NCBI GenBank assembly: GCA_005879535.1 | Contig: VBKI01000093.1 | Location: 16,981 to 80,980, forward strand | Reading direction: 5' to 3' | DNA length: 64,000 nucleotides | From: Deltaproteobacteria bacterium | Lineage (GTDB): Bacteria > Myxococcota > Myxococcia > Myxococcales > 40CM-4-68-19 | Part shown: positions 45,873 to 54,796 of the stretch, one piece after another | Position numbering within the stretch: position 1 is the first letter of the stretch | How the letters are laid out: the number at the start of each line of letters is the position of its first letter | Notes under the pieces: generated by a model | What the model was told of the DNA's origin: nothing | The model's database searches: none | The model's input: only the letters and a program-made list of their open reading frames with translations | Translations under genes and position numbers: made by a program

Positions 45873-46949
45873 ATGGCCCGGATCGACTCCTTCCTGCGAC
45901 TGGTGGCGGAGCAGGGCGCGAGCGACCTGCATTTCCATGCCGGCAACGTGCCAATCATCCGGTACGAGGGCGCGCTGATGCCGCTTCCATTCCGCGTGCT
46001 CTCGGAGGTGGAGACCAGCCGGTTCCTGCTCGAGCTTCTTGCCGAAGACCAGCGCGCCGAGTTCGAGAAGACGCAGGAAGCGGACCTCGTCTACGCGATC
46101 GAGGGCGTAGCGCGGTTCCGGGTGAACATCTTCGTGCAGTCGCAGGGGCTGGGCGCCGTGTTCCGCGTGATCCCCAACAAGGTCCCCACGCTGCAGGACC
46201 TGCGGCTGCCCCCGGCGGTCAAGAAGCTCACCCTGCTGGCCAACGGGTTGGTGCTGGTCACCGGCCCCACCGGATCGGGGAAGAGCACCACGCTGGCGGC
46301 GATGGTGGACGAGATCAACAAGTCGTCGCAGCGCCACGTGATCAGCATCGAGGATCCGATCGAGTTCCTCCACCAGCCCATCAAGGGCGCCATCACGCAG
46401 CGGCAAGTGGGAAAGCACGCCGAGTCGTTCTCCAGCGCCCTGCGGTCGGCGCTGCGCGAGAGTCCCGACGTGCTGGTGGTCGGCGAGATGCGCGATCTGG
46501 AGACCATCCACCTCGCCATCGCCGCGGCCGAGACGGGCGTGCTGGTGATCGGAACGCTGCATTCGAACAGCGCCGCGAAGGCGATCGACCGCATCATCGA
46601 CGTGATCCCGGAGGAGAGCCGCGACCAGGTGCGCAGCACGCTCTCCGTGCTCTTGCGCGGCGTGATCTCGCAGCACCTCGCCAAGCACGCCAGCGGAGAG
46701 GGGCGCGTGGCGGTGATGGAGGTGCTGCTGCAGAGCTACGCGGTCGCCAACCTGATCCGCGAAAACAAGATCTTCCAGATCGACGGCTATCTCGACAGCG
46801 CCTCCAACGACGGCAGCGGGATGCAGAGCCTCGACGCCAGCCTGTTCAGGCTGCTCAAGCAGGGCGACATCACCGTCGAGGAGGCGATCAAGCTCGCGAA
46901 TCTACCCGAGTCGCTCAAGCGCCTGGCGGCGGAAATGCAGGAGGAGTGA
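45873..46949 (+). CDS. pilT: PilT-family type IV pilus retraction-type ATPase paralog
   Basis: Full-length PilT similarity: GPTGSGKSTT, IEDPIE, LVVGEMRD, GVLVIGTLHS, AVANLIRENK. The ATG immediately follows the upstream TAG. Confidence 0.9.
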   Translation: MARIDSFLRLVAEQGASDLHFHAGNVPIIRYEGALMPLPFRVLSEVETSRFLLELLAEDQRAEFEKTQEADLVYAIEGVARFRVNIFVQSQGLGAVFRVIPNKVPTLQDLRLPPAVKKLTLLANGLVLVTGPTGSGKSTTLAAMVDEINKSSQRHVISIEDPIEFLHQPIKGAITQRQVGKHAESFSSALRSALRESPDVLVVGEMRDLETIHLAIAAAETGVLVIGTLHSNSAAKAIDRIIDVIPEESRDQVRSTLSVLLRGVISQHLAKHASGEGRVAVMEVLLQSYAVANLIRENKIFQIDGYLDSASNDGSGMQSLDASLFRLLKQGDITVEEAIKLANLPESLKRLAAEMQEE

Positions 46950-48964
46950 TGGATGCCAAGGCCCGCGAGAAGGCGCTGGATCGAGCGCGGGGCCTGGAGA
47001 AGGCCGGGCAAGGCGACGCCGCCGCGAGACTCTTCCGCGACGTGGGCGCGGTGGAGGAAGCGGCGCGCGTGCTCGGCTCGCTGCGGCGGCCGCGCGACGC
47101 CGGGCAGCTCTTGCTGGAGAGCCTGGGAGTGCAACCGGGGCAGGTCGGACGGCTCGATTCTGCGGGAAGGAAGCGCGCCCTGATGGCAGCCATCTTCTTC
47201 GGGCGCGCGAGGGAGAACCAGACCGCAGTGCAGATGTTCATGGCCCTCGGCGAGCAGCAGCGCGCGGTGGAGGTCCTGCAGAAAGCCGGCGATTCGGTAG
47301 GCGCTGCGAAGCTGTCCTCGATGAAGCCGGGGCAGTTCGAGACCGGGCCGCTGCTGGCGCCGTCGAAGGCCACCGCCGTGGGCGGGCAGGCCGTCTCGAT
47401 GGTCTCGGCGCAAAAGCTCGAGCAGCAGGGCAAGCACGAAGCTGCCCTGCAATCGTACGTGCAGCTGAAGCGCTTCGCGGACGCAGCCCGCATGGCGAAA
47501 GTGCTGGGGCGGAAGGCCGACGCGGCCCAACTCTACGCCGACGCGGGGGCGCCGTTCGAGGCCGCGCAGGCCTACCTCGAGCTCGGGGATACCGGAAAGG
47601 CGCTGGAGAACCTCTGCCGCGTACCCGCCGAAGACGCGCAGTACCGCGTGGCGGCGGCCATCGCGGTGCGCCTGGCTACGAACCTCAACGTGCTCGATTT
47701 CCGCTTCGAGCACTTCGTCGGCCCGTACGTGCGCAGTGGGCCGCGCGACGCCGCGGAGCTGCAGGTCTTCGACCTGCTCGCGGCGCTGTACGACTCGCAT
47801 GGGTTTCCCGAGAACGCCCGCGAAGCGTTGCAGAAGCTGCTCGCAGCGCAGCCCGCGCATCCGGGCGCGCGCGAGCGCCTGGGCCGCGTCGAAGAGCAGC
47901 TCCGGCCTTCGGCGATGGTCGCGCGCCAGGTCCTCTCCAACGCGGACCTCCACAAGAAGCGCATGCCGTCGTTGCCGGACCTGGGCGATCTGCCGGATTT
48001 GCCCGGCGGCGGCTCGGCCACGGTTCTTCGCACCGATCCCGGGTTGTTGAAGAAGGTGAGCAGGTCGCCGGAAACCACGCCGCCGGAATTGCTCGCGGAA
48101 GCCGAAGTCGTGGTCGGACAACCCGTCTCTTCCGAGGAGAAGTTCGAAGTCGGCGCGACCGTGGCCGGCCGCTATCGCCTCGAGGCGAAGATCGGCCAGG
48201 GTGGCATGGCGACCGTCTTCCGCGCGTTCGATCTGGAGCTGGAGGAAAACGTCGCGCTCAAGGTCTTCAACCTGGAGCAGGCGTCGGAGGTGCTCGTGGC
48301 GCGGTTCAAGCAGGAGCTGAAGCTCTCGCGCCAGCTCATCCACCCGAACATCATCCGGCTGTACGACATCGGCGCGCACAACGGACATCGGTACATCAGC
48401 ATGGAGCTGCTGGTGGGCAAGAGCCTCAAGGACTGCATGCGCCAGCCCATCGAGTTCCGCACCGCGCTCGGGTACCTGCTGCAGGCGTGCCACGGCCTGC
48501 AGGCGGCGCACGACGCGGGCGTCATCCACCGCGACGTAAAGCCGGACAACTTCTTCGTTACCGAGGACGGTATCCTCAAAGTGATGGACTTCGGCATCGC
48601 CAAGCAGTACGCCACGCCGGGTGTGACGGTGGCCGGGGCCATCGCTGGAACTCCGCTCTACATGTCGCCGGAACAGATCGGAAACTTCAGCACCGTGACG
48701 CACCTGACCGACATCTACGCGCTGGGCGTCTGCGCCTACGAGATGTTCACCGGGCAGGTGCCGTTCTTCCACGAGGAGCTGGTGCCGATCCTGATGATGC
48801 ACGTGAACAACCGACCGGTGCCGCCGCGGGAAAAGAACCCGCACGTGCCAGCCGAGCTGGACGCGATCATCGTCCGGCTGCTCGCCAAGGACCCCAGGCA
48901 GCGGTACCAGAGTTGCCGCGAGCTGGCGCAGGAGCTGGGCGCGATTCGCGACGCGTACGCATGA
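46949..48964 (+). CDS. Ser/Thr protein kinase with N-terminal ~370-aa helical-repeat (TPR-like) domain
   Basis: TGATG junction with pilT. The C-terminal Hanks kinase has GQGGMATVF, VALKV, HRDVKPDN, DFG and SPE motifs. The N-terminus is alpha-helical repeat sequence. Only the last 671 aa of the 1601-aa track ORF look real. Confidence 0.9.
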   Translation: MDAKAREKALDRARGLEKAGQGDAAARLFRDVGAVEEAARVLGSLRRPRDAGQLLLESLGVQPGQVGRLDSAGRKRALMAAIFFGRARENQTAVQMFMALGEQQRAVEVLQKAGDSVGAAKLSSMKPGQFETGPLLAPSKATAVGGQAVSMVSAQKLEQQGKHEAALQSYVQLKRFADAARMAKVLGRKADAAQLYADAGAPFEAAQAYLELGDTGKALENLCRVPAEDAQYRVAAAIAVRLATNLNVLDFRFEHFVGPYVRSGPRDAAELQVFDLLAALYDSHGFPENAREALQKLLAAQPAHPGARERLGRVEEQLRPSAMVARQVLSNADLHKKRMPSLPDLGDLPDLPGGGSATVLRTDPGLLKKVSRSPETTPPELLAEAEVVVGQPVSSEEKFEVGATVAGRYRLEAKIGQGGMATVFRAFDLELEENVALKVFNLEQASEVLVARFKQELKLSRQLIHPNIIRLYDIGAHNGHRYISMELLVGKSLKDCMRQPIEFRTALGYLLQACHGLQAAHDAGVIHRDVKPDNFFVTEDGILKVMDFGIAKQYATPGVTVAGAIAGTPLYMSPEQIGNFSTVTHLTDIYALGVCAYEMFTGQVPFFHEELVPILMMHVNNRPVPPREKNPHVPAELDAIIVRLLAKDPRQRYQSCRELAQELGAIRDAYA

Positions 48965-49794
48965 TCGGCGTTGCGCTCGCGCTCGCGGTGGGCGCATCGG
49001 ACAAGGTCGACGTGCGACCCGCGGCGGATCTCACCGTCGCCGGAGTGGCCCTCGTCGGATGGATCGTTCCGGAGCTCTCGCGGAACCAGCTCGTGCCGGC
49101 CCACTGCCGGCTCTGCGACGGCGCCGACAATACCGGCCTTCCCGGGACGGGGTCGCGCGGCTCGCTGAACGGCGTCGACGCCTGGTTTCACGACGCCATG
49201 ACGGGATGGGTTTTGTCGCGGTCGACGGCGGGCGTCGCCAGCGACGTCGTCGCGTACCTTCTCGTGCCGGCTGCGGCGATTGCCGGCGCCTGGACCACGA
49301 CGGGGCCGCACGCAAGCGACGGGGCCGATTGGCGTGCCGTGTCCATTGTCATGGAGTCGGCTCTCCTCTCCGGCGCCCTCGCGGAGGGTGTGAAGTTCAT
49401 CGCCGCGCGCAAGCGGCCATACGTGCGCTACGGCACCGGCGAAGCGGAGGGAACGTACGGCGTGACCGACGTGGGCAGCCACCTCGGCTTTCCCTCAGGC
49501 CATACCGCGTGGGTGACGTCGCTCGGCGTCGCCCTGGCGACCACCGCGACCATTGAGGAATCCGCCGCGGCTCCGTGGCTCTGGGCCGGCGCCGCCGTCG
49601 GCTCAGTGACGACCTCGGCGCTGCGCATGATCGCTGAGAAGCACTACTTCACCGACGTGGCGGCCGGCGCCGCCATCGGGGCGGCCTGCGGCGTCGTCGT
49701 GCCGCTTCTCCACCGGCGCGGCGGGCCGTTGTCCAGCGGCTCGCTGTCGGTTGCCGCGCAGGGGCCCTCGTTTGCGCTGACCGGCCGTTTCTAA
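48961..49794 (+). CDS. PAP2-family membrane phosphatase
   Basis: ATGA overlap with the kinase stop. PAP2 motifs KFIAARKRP, PSGH and SALRMIAEKHYFTD. Several TM helices. Confidence 0.8.
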   Translation: MIGVALALAVGASDKVDVRPAADLTVAGVALVGWIVPELSRNQLVPAHCRLCDGADNTGLPGTGSRGSLNGVDAWFHDAMTGWVLSRSTAGVASDVVAYLLVPAAAIAGAWTTTGPHASDGADWRAVSIVMESALLSGALAEGVKFIAARKRPYVRYGTGEAEGTYGVTDVGSHLGFPSGHTAWVTSLGVALATTATIEESAAAPWLWAGAAVGSVTTSALRMIAEKHYFTDVAAGAAIGAACGVVVPLLHRRGGPLSSGSLSVAAQGPSFALTGRF

Positions 49795-49812
49795 GGCGGT
49801 AGATTCCCGCGC

Positions 49813-51423
49813 ATGACCCATCCGCTCGCCGGAAAGCCGGCCCCGCGCGAATTGTTGATCGATGTCGAGCGGCTGCGCCGGCTCTATTACGAAGAGAAGC
49901 CCGATCCCGCGGATCCGCAGCAGCGCGTGGCGTTCGGGACCAGCGGCCACCGCGGTACCGCACTGAAGCGTGCGTTCAACGAGGCGCACATCCTCGCCGT
50001 GACCCAGGCCGTCTGCGAGTACCGCAAGGCCCAGGGGACGAGCGGCCCGCTTTATCTCGGCAAGGACACGCACGCGCTCTCGGATCCGGCGCAGGACACT
50101 GCCCTGTCGGTTCTCGCGGCCAACGACGTGCACGTCCTCTGGTCGCGCCGCGCCACGCCCACGCCGGTGATCTCGCACGCGATCCTCACGTACAACCGCG
50201 GGCTCTCGCGCGGGTTCGCGGACGGGATCGTGATCACGCCGTCGCACAATCCGCCCGAGGATGGTGGCATCAAGTACAACCCGCCGAGCGGCGGACCGGC
50301 CGACACCGCGGCGACGGGATGGATCGAGAACCGCGCGAACGACCTCTTGCGGAACCCGGACTCGATCGGACGCGCGGTGCGGCCCGGGATGCTTGAGGAG
50401 CACGATTTCATCACACCTTACGTGCGCGATCTGGGCAACGTCGTCGATCTGGAGCCCGTGCGCGGGTTGCGGCTGGGAGTCGATCCGCTCGGCGGATCGA
50501 ACCTCGATTACTGGGATCCGATCGCGTCGGAGTACGGCCTCGACATCACCGTGGTGAACCGGACGGTCGATCCGACGTTCGGGTTCATGACGGTCGATCA
50601 CGACGGCAAGATCCGGATGGACTGCTCGTCGCCCTACGCAATGGCGAAGCTGGTGGGGCTCAAGGATCAGTACCAGCTCGCCTTCGGCAACGACACGGAC
50701 TCCGACCGGCACGGGATCGTCACGCCCGGCGCCGGGCTGATGAACCCCAATCACTATCTCGCGGTCGCGATCCAGTACTTGTTCACGAACCGGACCTGGC
50801 CGGCTCGCGCGGCAGTGGGGAAGACGCTCGTGTCTTCCGCGCTGATCGATCGTGTGGCGCGGAAGATCGGGCGGACGCTGCGCGAGGTGCCGGTCGGGTT
50901 CAAATGGTTCGTCGACGGGCTCCTCGACGGGTCGCTGGGCTTCGGCGGAGAAGAGAGCGCCGGCGCGTCATTCCTCCGCCTTGACGGGAGCGTGTGGGCC
51001 ACGGACAAGGACGGGATCATCATGGACTTGCTCGCGGCCGAGATCCTCGGACGCACCGGCAAGGATCCTGGCGTGCTCTATCAGAAGATCTCCGCCGAGC
51101 TCGGACGCCCGGTGTACACGCGCATCGATGCGCCCGCGACACCGGCACAGAAGGCGGCGCTGAAGAAGCTCTCCGCCGACGTAGTCCGCGCCGGCACGCT
51201 CGCTGGGGAGCCAATCACGGCGAAGCTGACGAAGGCGCCAGGAAACGGCGCCGACATCGGCGGCCTCAAGGTCGTCGCGCAGAACGGCTGGTTCGCAGCT
51301 CGGCCGTCAGGTACCGAGGACGTCTACAAGATCTACGCGGAAAGCTTCCGCGACGAGACGCACCTGCAACGCATCGTCGACGAGGCGAAAGCCATCGTGG
51401 CGGAAGCGATCAAGACGGTCTGA
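49813..51423 (+). CDS. pgm: phosphoglucomutase (alpha-D-glucose phosphate-specific)
   Basis: Full-length Pgm similarity, including the active-site region [15 protein letters not shown] and GEESAG. Confidence 0.9.
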   Translation: MTHPLAGKPAPRELLIDVERLRRLYYEEKPDPADPQQRVAFGTSGHRGTALKRAFNEAHILAVTQAVCEYRKAQGTSGPLYLGKDTHALSDPAQDTALSVLAANDVHVLWSRRATPTPVISHAILTYNRGLSRGFADGIVITPSHNPPEDGGIKYNPPSGGPADTAATGWIENRANDLLRNPDSIGRAVRPGMLEEHDFITPYVRDLGNVVDLEPVRGLRLGVDPLGGSNLDYWDPIASEYGLDITVVNRTVDPTFGFMTVDHDGKIRMDCSSPYAMAKLVGLKDQYQLAFGNDTDSDRHGIVTPGAGLMNPNHYLAVAIQYLFTNRTWPARAAVGKTLVSSALIDRVARKIGRTLREVPVGFKWFVDGLLDGSLGFGGEESAGASFLRLDGSVWATDKDGIIMDLLAAEILGRTGKDPGVLYQKISAELGRPVYTRIDAPATPAQKAALKKLSADVVRAGTLAGEPITAKLTKAPGNGADIGGLKVVAQNGWFAARPSGTEDVYKIYAESFRDETHLQRIVDEAKAIVAEAIKTV

Positions 51424-51471
51424 CCGCGGCGAATTCCGGGACGAATCGGCGGGGTGCGTTAGACTTCGAGG

Positions 51472-53235
51472 ATGCCCTTCGACCCCGGCGCTTCCTTCGG
51501 CAAGTCGCTGTTCTTCGGCGACATCCTCGAGGACCAGCTCTTCCCCTACCCGGAGATGCCGCGAGACCAGGCCGAGCTGGTTGCGCCGATCTGCGAGACC
51601 ATCGACCGGTACATGGCCGGGATCGACAGGCGCAAGCTGGATCGCGACGGTGAGTTCCCTGCGGAGCTGCTCCAGTCGCTGAAGGAGATGGGCCTGTTCG
51701 GGCTGATCGTGCCGGAAGAGCACGGCGGCCTCGGGCTCTCCAACTCCGGTTACGCGAGAGTGATGCAGCAGGTTGCTTCCTGGGACGCGTCGATCGCCGT
51801 GACCCTCGGCGCACATTCCAGCATCGGTTTCAAAGGCCTCCTGCTGTTCGGCAACGACGCGCAGAAGCGGCGCTACCTTCCGAAGCTCGCATCGGGCGAG
51901 AACATCGCTGCGTTCTGCCTGACCGAGCCGGGGAGCGGGTCGGACGCGTTCTCGATCAAGACCAGCGCGCGCCGTGACGGCGACTTCTACGTCCTCAACG
52001 GGCAGAAGCTCTGGATCACCAACGGCGGCATCGCGGACTTCTACACCGTGTTCGCGAAGACGACTCTGGATACGGCGGAGCAGAAGGGAAAGATCACCGC
52101 CTTCATCGTCACCCGCGACCTCGGCGGCATCACGCACGGCCCGCACGAGGACAAGATGGGGATTCGCGCCTCGAACACGACCGCCGTCTTCTTCGACAAC
52201 GTGCGCGTGCCTGCGACGAACGTCCTCGGCGAGGAAGGCAAGGGCTTCAAGGTGGCGATGAGCATCCTCAACCACGGCCGCACCGGCCTGGGCGCTGGCG
52301 CGGTGGGAGGGCAGCGCAAGCTCCTTCAGCTCGCGATCGCGCATGCGGCCGAGCGCAAGCAGTTTGGCCGTCCGCTCGCGAGCTTCGGCAAGATCAAGGA
52401 GAAGCTCGGGCGGATCGCGACGAACCTCTACGTCAGCGAGTCCCTCTGCTACTTCGTCTCCTCGACCATCGATCGCGGGGCGGTCGACTACTCGGTGGAA
52501 GGAGCCGCCACCAAGGTCTTCAACTCCGAGGCGGTGTGGAGCGCCACCGACGAGGCGCTGCAGATCGCCGGCGGCATGGGCTACATGCGCGAGCAGCCCT
52601 ACGAGCAAGCGATGCGCGACACCCGCATCAACCGCATCTTCGAGGGGACGAACGAGATCCTGCGGCAGTACATCGGGCTGACCGGGCTGCAGAAGCCAGG
52701 CGAGTACCTGAAGGGTCTCGGCAAGGATCTGTCGAGCTCGCTCAGGGACCCGATCAAGGGATTCGGGCTCTTGCGCGAATACGCCGTCCGGAAAGCGCGC
52801 CAGACCGTGCCGATGCAGGCAGTGCCCTACGGGCGGACGCCGCAGATCGGCAAGGCGCATCCCACTTTGCACGAGCAGGTCGTGTACCTGGAGGACGCGG
52901 CCCAGGCGCTGGCCGCGCTCTGCGAGACGTCGCTGCGCAGGCATGGGCGCAACATCGTCGAGCAGCAGCTGCAAGTGGGCCGCATCGCCGACATCGCCAT
53001 CGATCTGCTGGCCCTCGCCGCCGCCCTCGCCCGCACGACACGGATCATCGAGCAGCGCGGCGTGGAGAAGGCGAAGAACGAGATCTCGATGACGTATACG
53101 TTCTACTCGGACGCGCGGACGCGCATCCGCGCCAACTCGCGCGCCAGCGGCGGGCACAACAACGACCAGTCGCTCCAGGACGTCGCCGACGCGGCCGTCG
53201 CCGCCGGCGGCTACCAGAACGACTTCCTCAAGTGA
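51472..53235 (+). CDS. acyl-CoA dehydrogenase (long, VLCAD/ACAD9-like with C-terminal extension)
   Basis: ACAD N, M and C domains (AFCLTEPGSGSD, QIAGGMGYM, RIFEGTNEI) plus a ~180-aa C-terminal extension. Confidence 0.9.
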   Translation: MPFDPGASFGKSLFFGDILEDQLFPYPEMPRDQAELVAPICETIDRYMAGIDRRKLDRDGEFPAELLQSLKEMGLFGLIVPEEHGGLGLSNSGYARVMQQVASWDASIAVTLGAHSSIGFKGLLLFGNDAQKRRYLPKLASGENIAAFCLTEPGSGSDAFSIKTSARRDGDFYVLNGQKLWITNGGIADFYTVFAKTTLDTAEQKGKITAFIVTRDLGGITHGPHEDKMGIRASNTTAVFFDNVRVPATNVLGEEGKGFKVAMSILNHGRTGLGAGAVGGQRKLLQLAIAHAAERKQFGRPLASFGKIKEKLGRIATNLYVSESLCYFVSSTIDRGAVDYSVEGAATKVFNSEAVWSATDEALQIAGGMGYMREQPYEQAMRDTRINRIFEGTNEILRQYIGLTGLQKPGEYLKGLGKDLSSSLRDPIKGFGLLREYAVRKARQTVPMQAVPYGRTPQIGKAHPTLHEQVVYLEDAAQALAALCETSLRRHGRNIVEQQLQVGRIADIAIDLLALAAALARTTRIIEQRGVEKAKNEISMTYTFYSDARTRIRANSRASGGHNNDQSLQDVADAAVAAGGYQNDFLK

Positions 53236-53240
53236 GAGCA

Positions 53241-53267
53241 CCGGGCGCTCCAGGACGGAGCGCCCGG
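53241..53267. terminator. bidirectional hairpin between convergent genes
   Basis: Perfect 11-bp GC-rich stem CCGGGCGCTCC/GGAGCGCCCGG with a 5-nt loop, placed between the stops at 53235 (+) and 53279 (-). There is no clear U-tract. Confidence 0.45.
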
Positions 53268-53278
53268 CACCGACCAGC

Positions 53279-53752
53279 TTAGAGCGAGAGCACCCCAGTC
53301 CGGATCAGGTAGGCGAGCTGCGCCCGTTGTCCGGAGTCGAGCAGCGCGTGGATCCGCCCGAGGGCCTTGATCACCGCATCGCGCAGCCGCTCGGCGCTCT
53401 TCACCCGCAGGTCGCCGCCCTCGCGCGCGCGGGCCTCGTCGAACGCGTCGAGCCCGAGCGCGTCGGCGAACGACGCGACCGTCCGGCGATCGTCCACGGC
53501 CGCCTGCGCGCGCTCGGTCTTCAGCTCGTCGAGGATCTTCGCGAGCTGCGAGACCTGCTCCTCGCTCAAGTTCAGCTTGTAGGCCAGGAACCGGAGCGGC
53601 CTGCGGACGCCGAATGCGCCGCTGCCAAAGTCGTCTCCGGGACCGCGCCACGGGCCGGCTTGCCAGCCGCCACCTTCACCCGCGGAAGCGCCTTCGCTGC
53701 CGCAGCCGTGCCGGCGCGCGTTCTTCCACCACCACATCATGCCTGGATGCAT
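53279..53752 (-). CDS. Spy/CpxP (LTxxQ-type) family protein
   Basis: ATG at 53752 with GGAGG 5 nt upstream. Helical repeats with LNLSEEQ and LDSGQRAQ (LTxxQ-like) motifs. Gly/Trp-rich N-terminus with no obvious signal peptide. Confidence 0.55.
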   Translation of the reverse strand: MHPGMMWWWKNARRHGCGSEGASAGEGGGWQAGPWRGPGDDFGSGAFGVRRPLRFLAYKLNLSEEQVSQLAKILDELKTERAQAAVDDRRTVASFADALGLDAFDEARAREGGDLRVKSAERLRDAVIKALGRIHALLDSGQRAQLAYLIRTGVLSL

Positions 53753-53938
53753 CGTTCCTCCAACTCGCCGGGGCCATTCGCTCCCGGCGGGGATTTCGGG
53801 CGTGGGCACCATGCCTCACGCCGTCCCTTGAACCTAACCTCCGCGCCCGCCACGTCAACACCGCGGCGCGCCATCGGCTTTTCCCCAGTCAGATCCTTTT
53901 GCTGAAGGCGGCGTTCACTCAGCGCAGGAGGTGCTGCC

Positions 53939-54757
53939 ATGATGGCTGTCCTGTTCCTGGTTGCAGCGGCGAACGTGCCGCGGATCGACGTGGCGTTCGC
54001 TCTCGATACCACCGGCTCGATGGGCGACGAGATCGATGTGGTGAAGGAGAAGATCGTCGCCATCGCGCGCAACGTCTCCGCCGGGCAACCGCGACCCGAC
54101 GTGCGCTTCGGAATCGTCGCTTTCCGCGATCGCGGCGACGCCTACGTGACCAAGGCGTTTCCCTTCTCGCGAGAAATCGCGGACGTGCAGAAAACGCTGC
54201 GGAGCCTCGACGCGGAAGGTGGCGGCGACGAGCCCGAATCAGTGGCCGAAGGCCTGTACGCCGCCGTGCACGAGCTGCAGTGGGATTTCTCGAAGAGCAC
54301 CGCGCGGCTGATCTTCCTCGTTGGGGATGCCGGCCCGCATCACTATCCGGATGGCAAAGACTGGCGGAAGGTCGCTTCGGAAGCGGCGGAGAAGGGGATC
54401 ACCATCAACGTGATCGCCTGCTCCGGTCTGTCTGCTGAAGGAGAGCGCGTGTTCGAGAGGATCGCGAAGATGTCGGACGGGACGATGACGCACCTGACGT
54501 ACACCCGGGTTGCCCAGAGGGCCGACGGGCGCAAGTTCAGCGTGCTCAACGAAGGCGGCAAGACCTGGGTCGCAGACCGGAAGCTGAAGGAGTCTGAATG
54601 GAAGAAGGGCGCCGCCGCGCTCGCGAAAGAGGGCAAGATCCATGTCGCTGCCGCTCCGCCCCCGATCCCTGCAGATACAGTTCCGATGAACAACCTCGAC
54701 GCCGAGATCGCCAGCACCGTCCGCGCCAAGGCGGAGTCGCTCGGAGTCAGCTACTGA
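53939..54757 (+). CDS. von Willebrand factor A (VWA) domain protein
   Basis: AGGAGG SD. MIDAS motif DTTGSMGDE. VWA fold pattern (IVAFRD..., GGGDEPE, IFLVGDAGPH). Confidence 0.85.
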   Translation: MMAVLFLVAAANVPRIDVAFALDTTGSMGDEIDVVKEKIVAIARNVSAGQPRPDVRFGIVAFRDRGDAYVTKAFPFSREIADVQKTLRSLDAEGGGDEPESVAEGLYAAVHELQWDFSKSTARLIFLVGDAGPHHYPDGKDWRKVASEAAEKGITINVIACSGLSAEGERVFERIAKMSDGTMTHLTYTRVAQRADGRKFSVLNEGGKTWVADRKLKESEWKKGAAALAKEGKIHVAAAPPPIPADTVPMNNLDAEIASTVRAKAESLGVSY

Positions 54758-54796
54758 AGGCGCCGGCGTGGATGGGGTACATTCCCGTCCACGCCG

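Noticed and set aside
44159-48964. 1601-aa ORF in the track, spanning three genes
   Set aside because: Only its last 671 aa (from the ATG at 46949) have protein-like sequence (repeat domain plus kinase). The upstream 930 aa are Arg/Gly/Ala-rich out-of-frame readthrough of the two PilT genes, which have clear motifs in frame 3.
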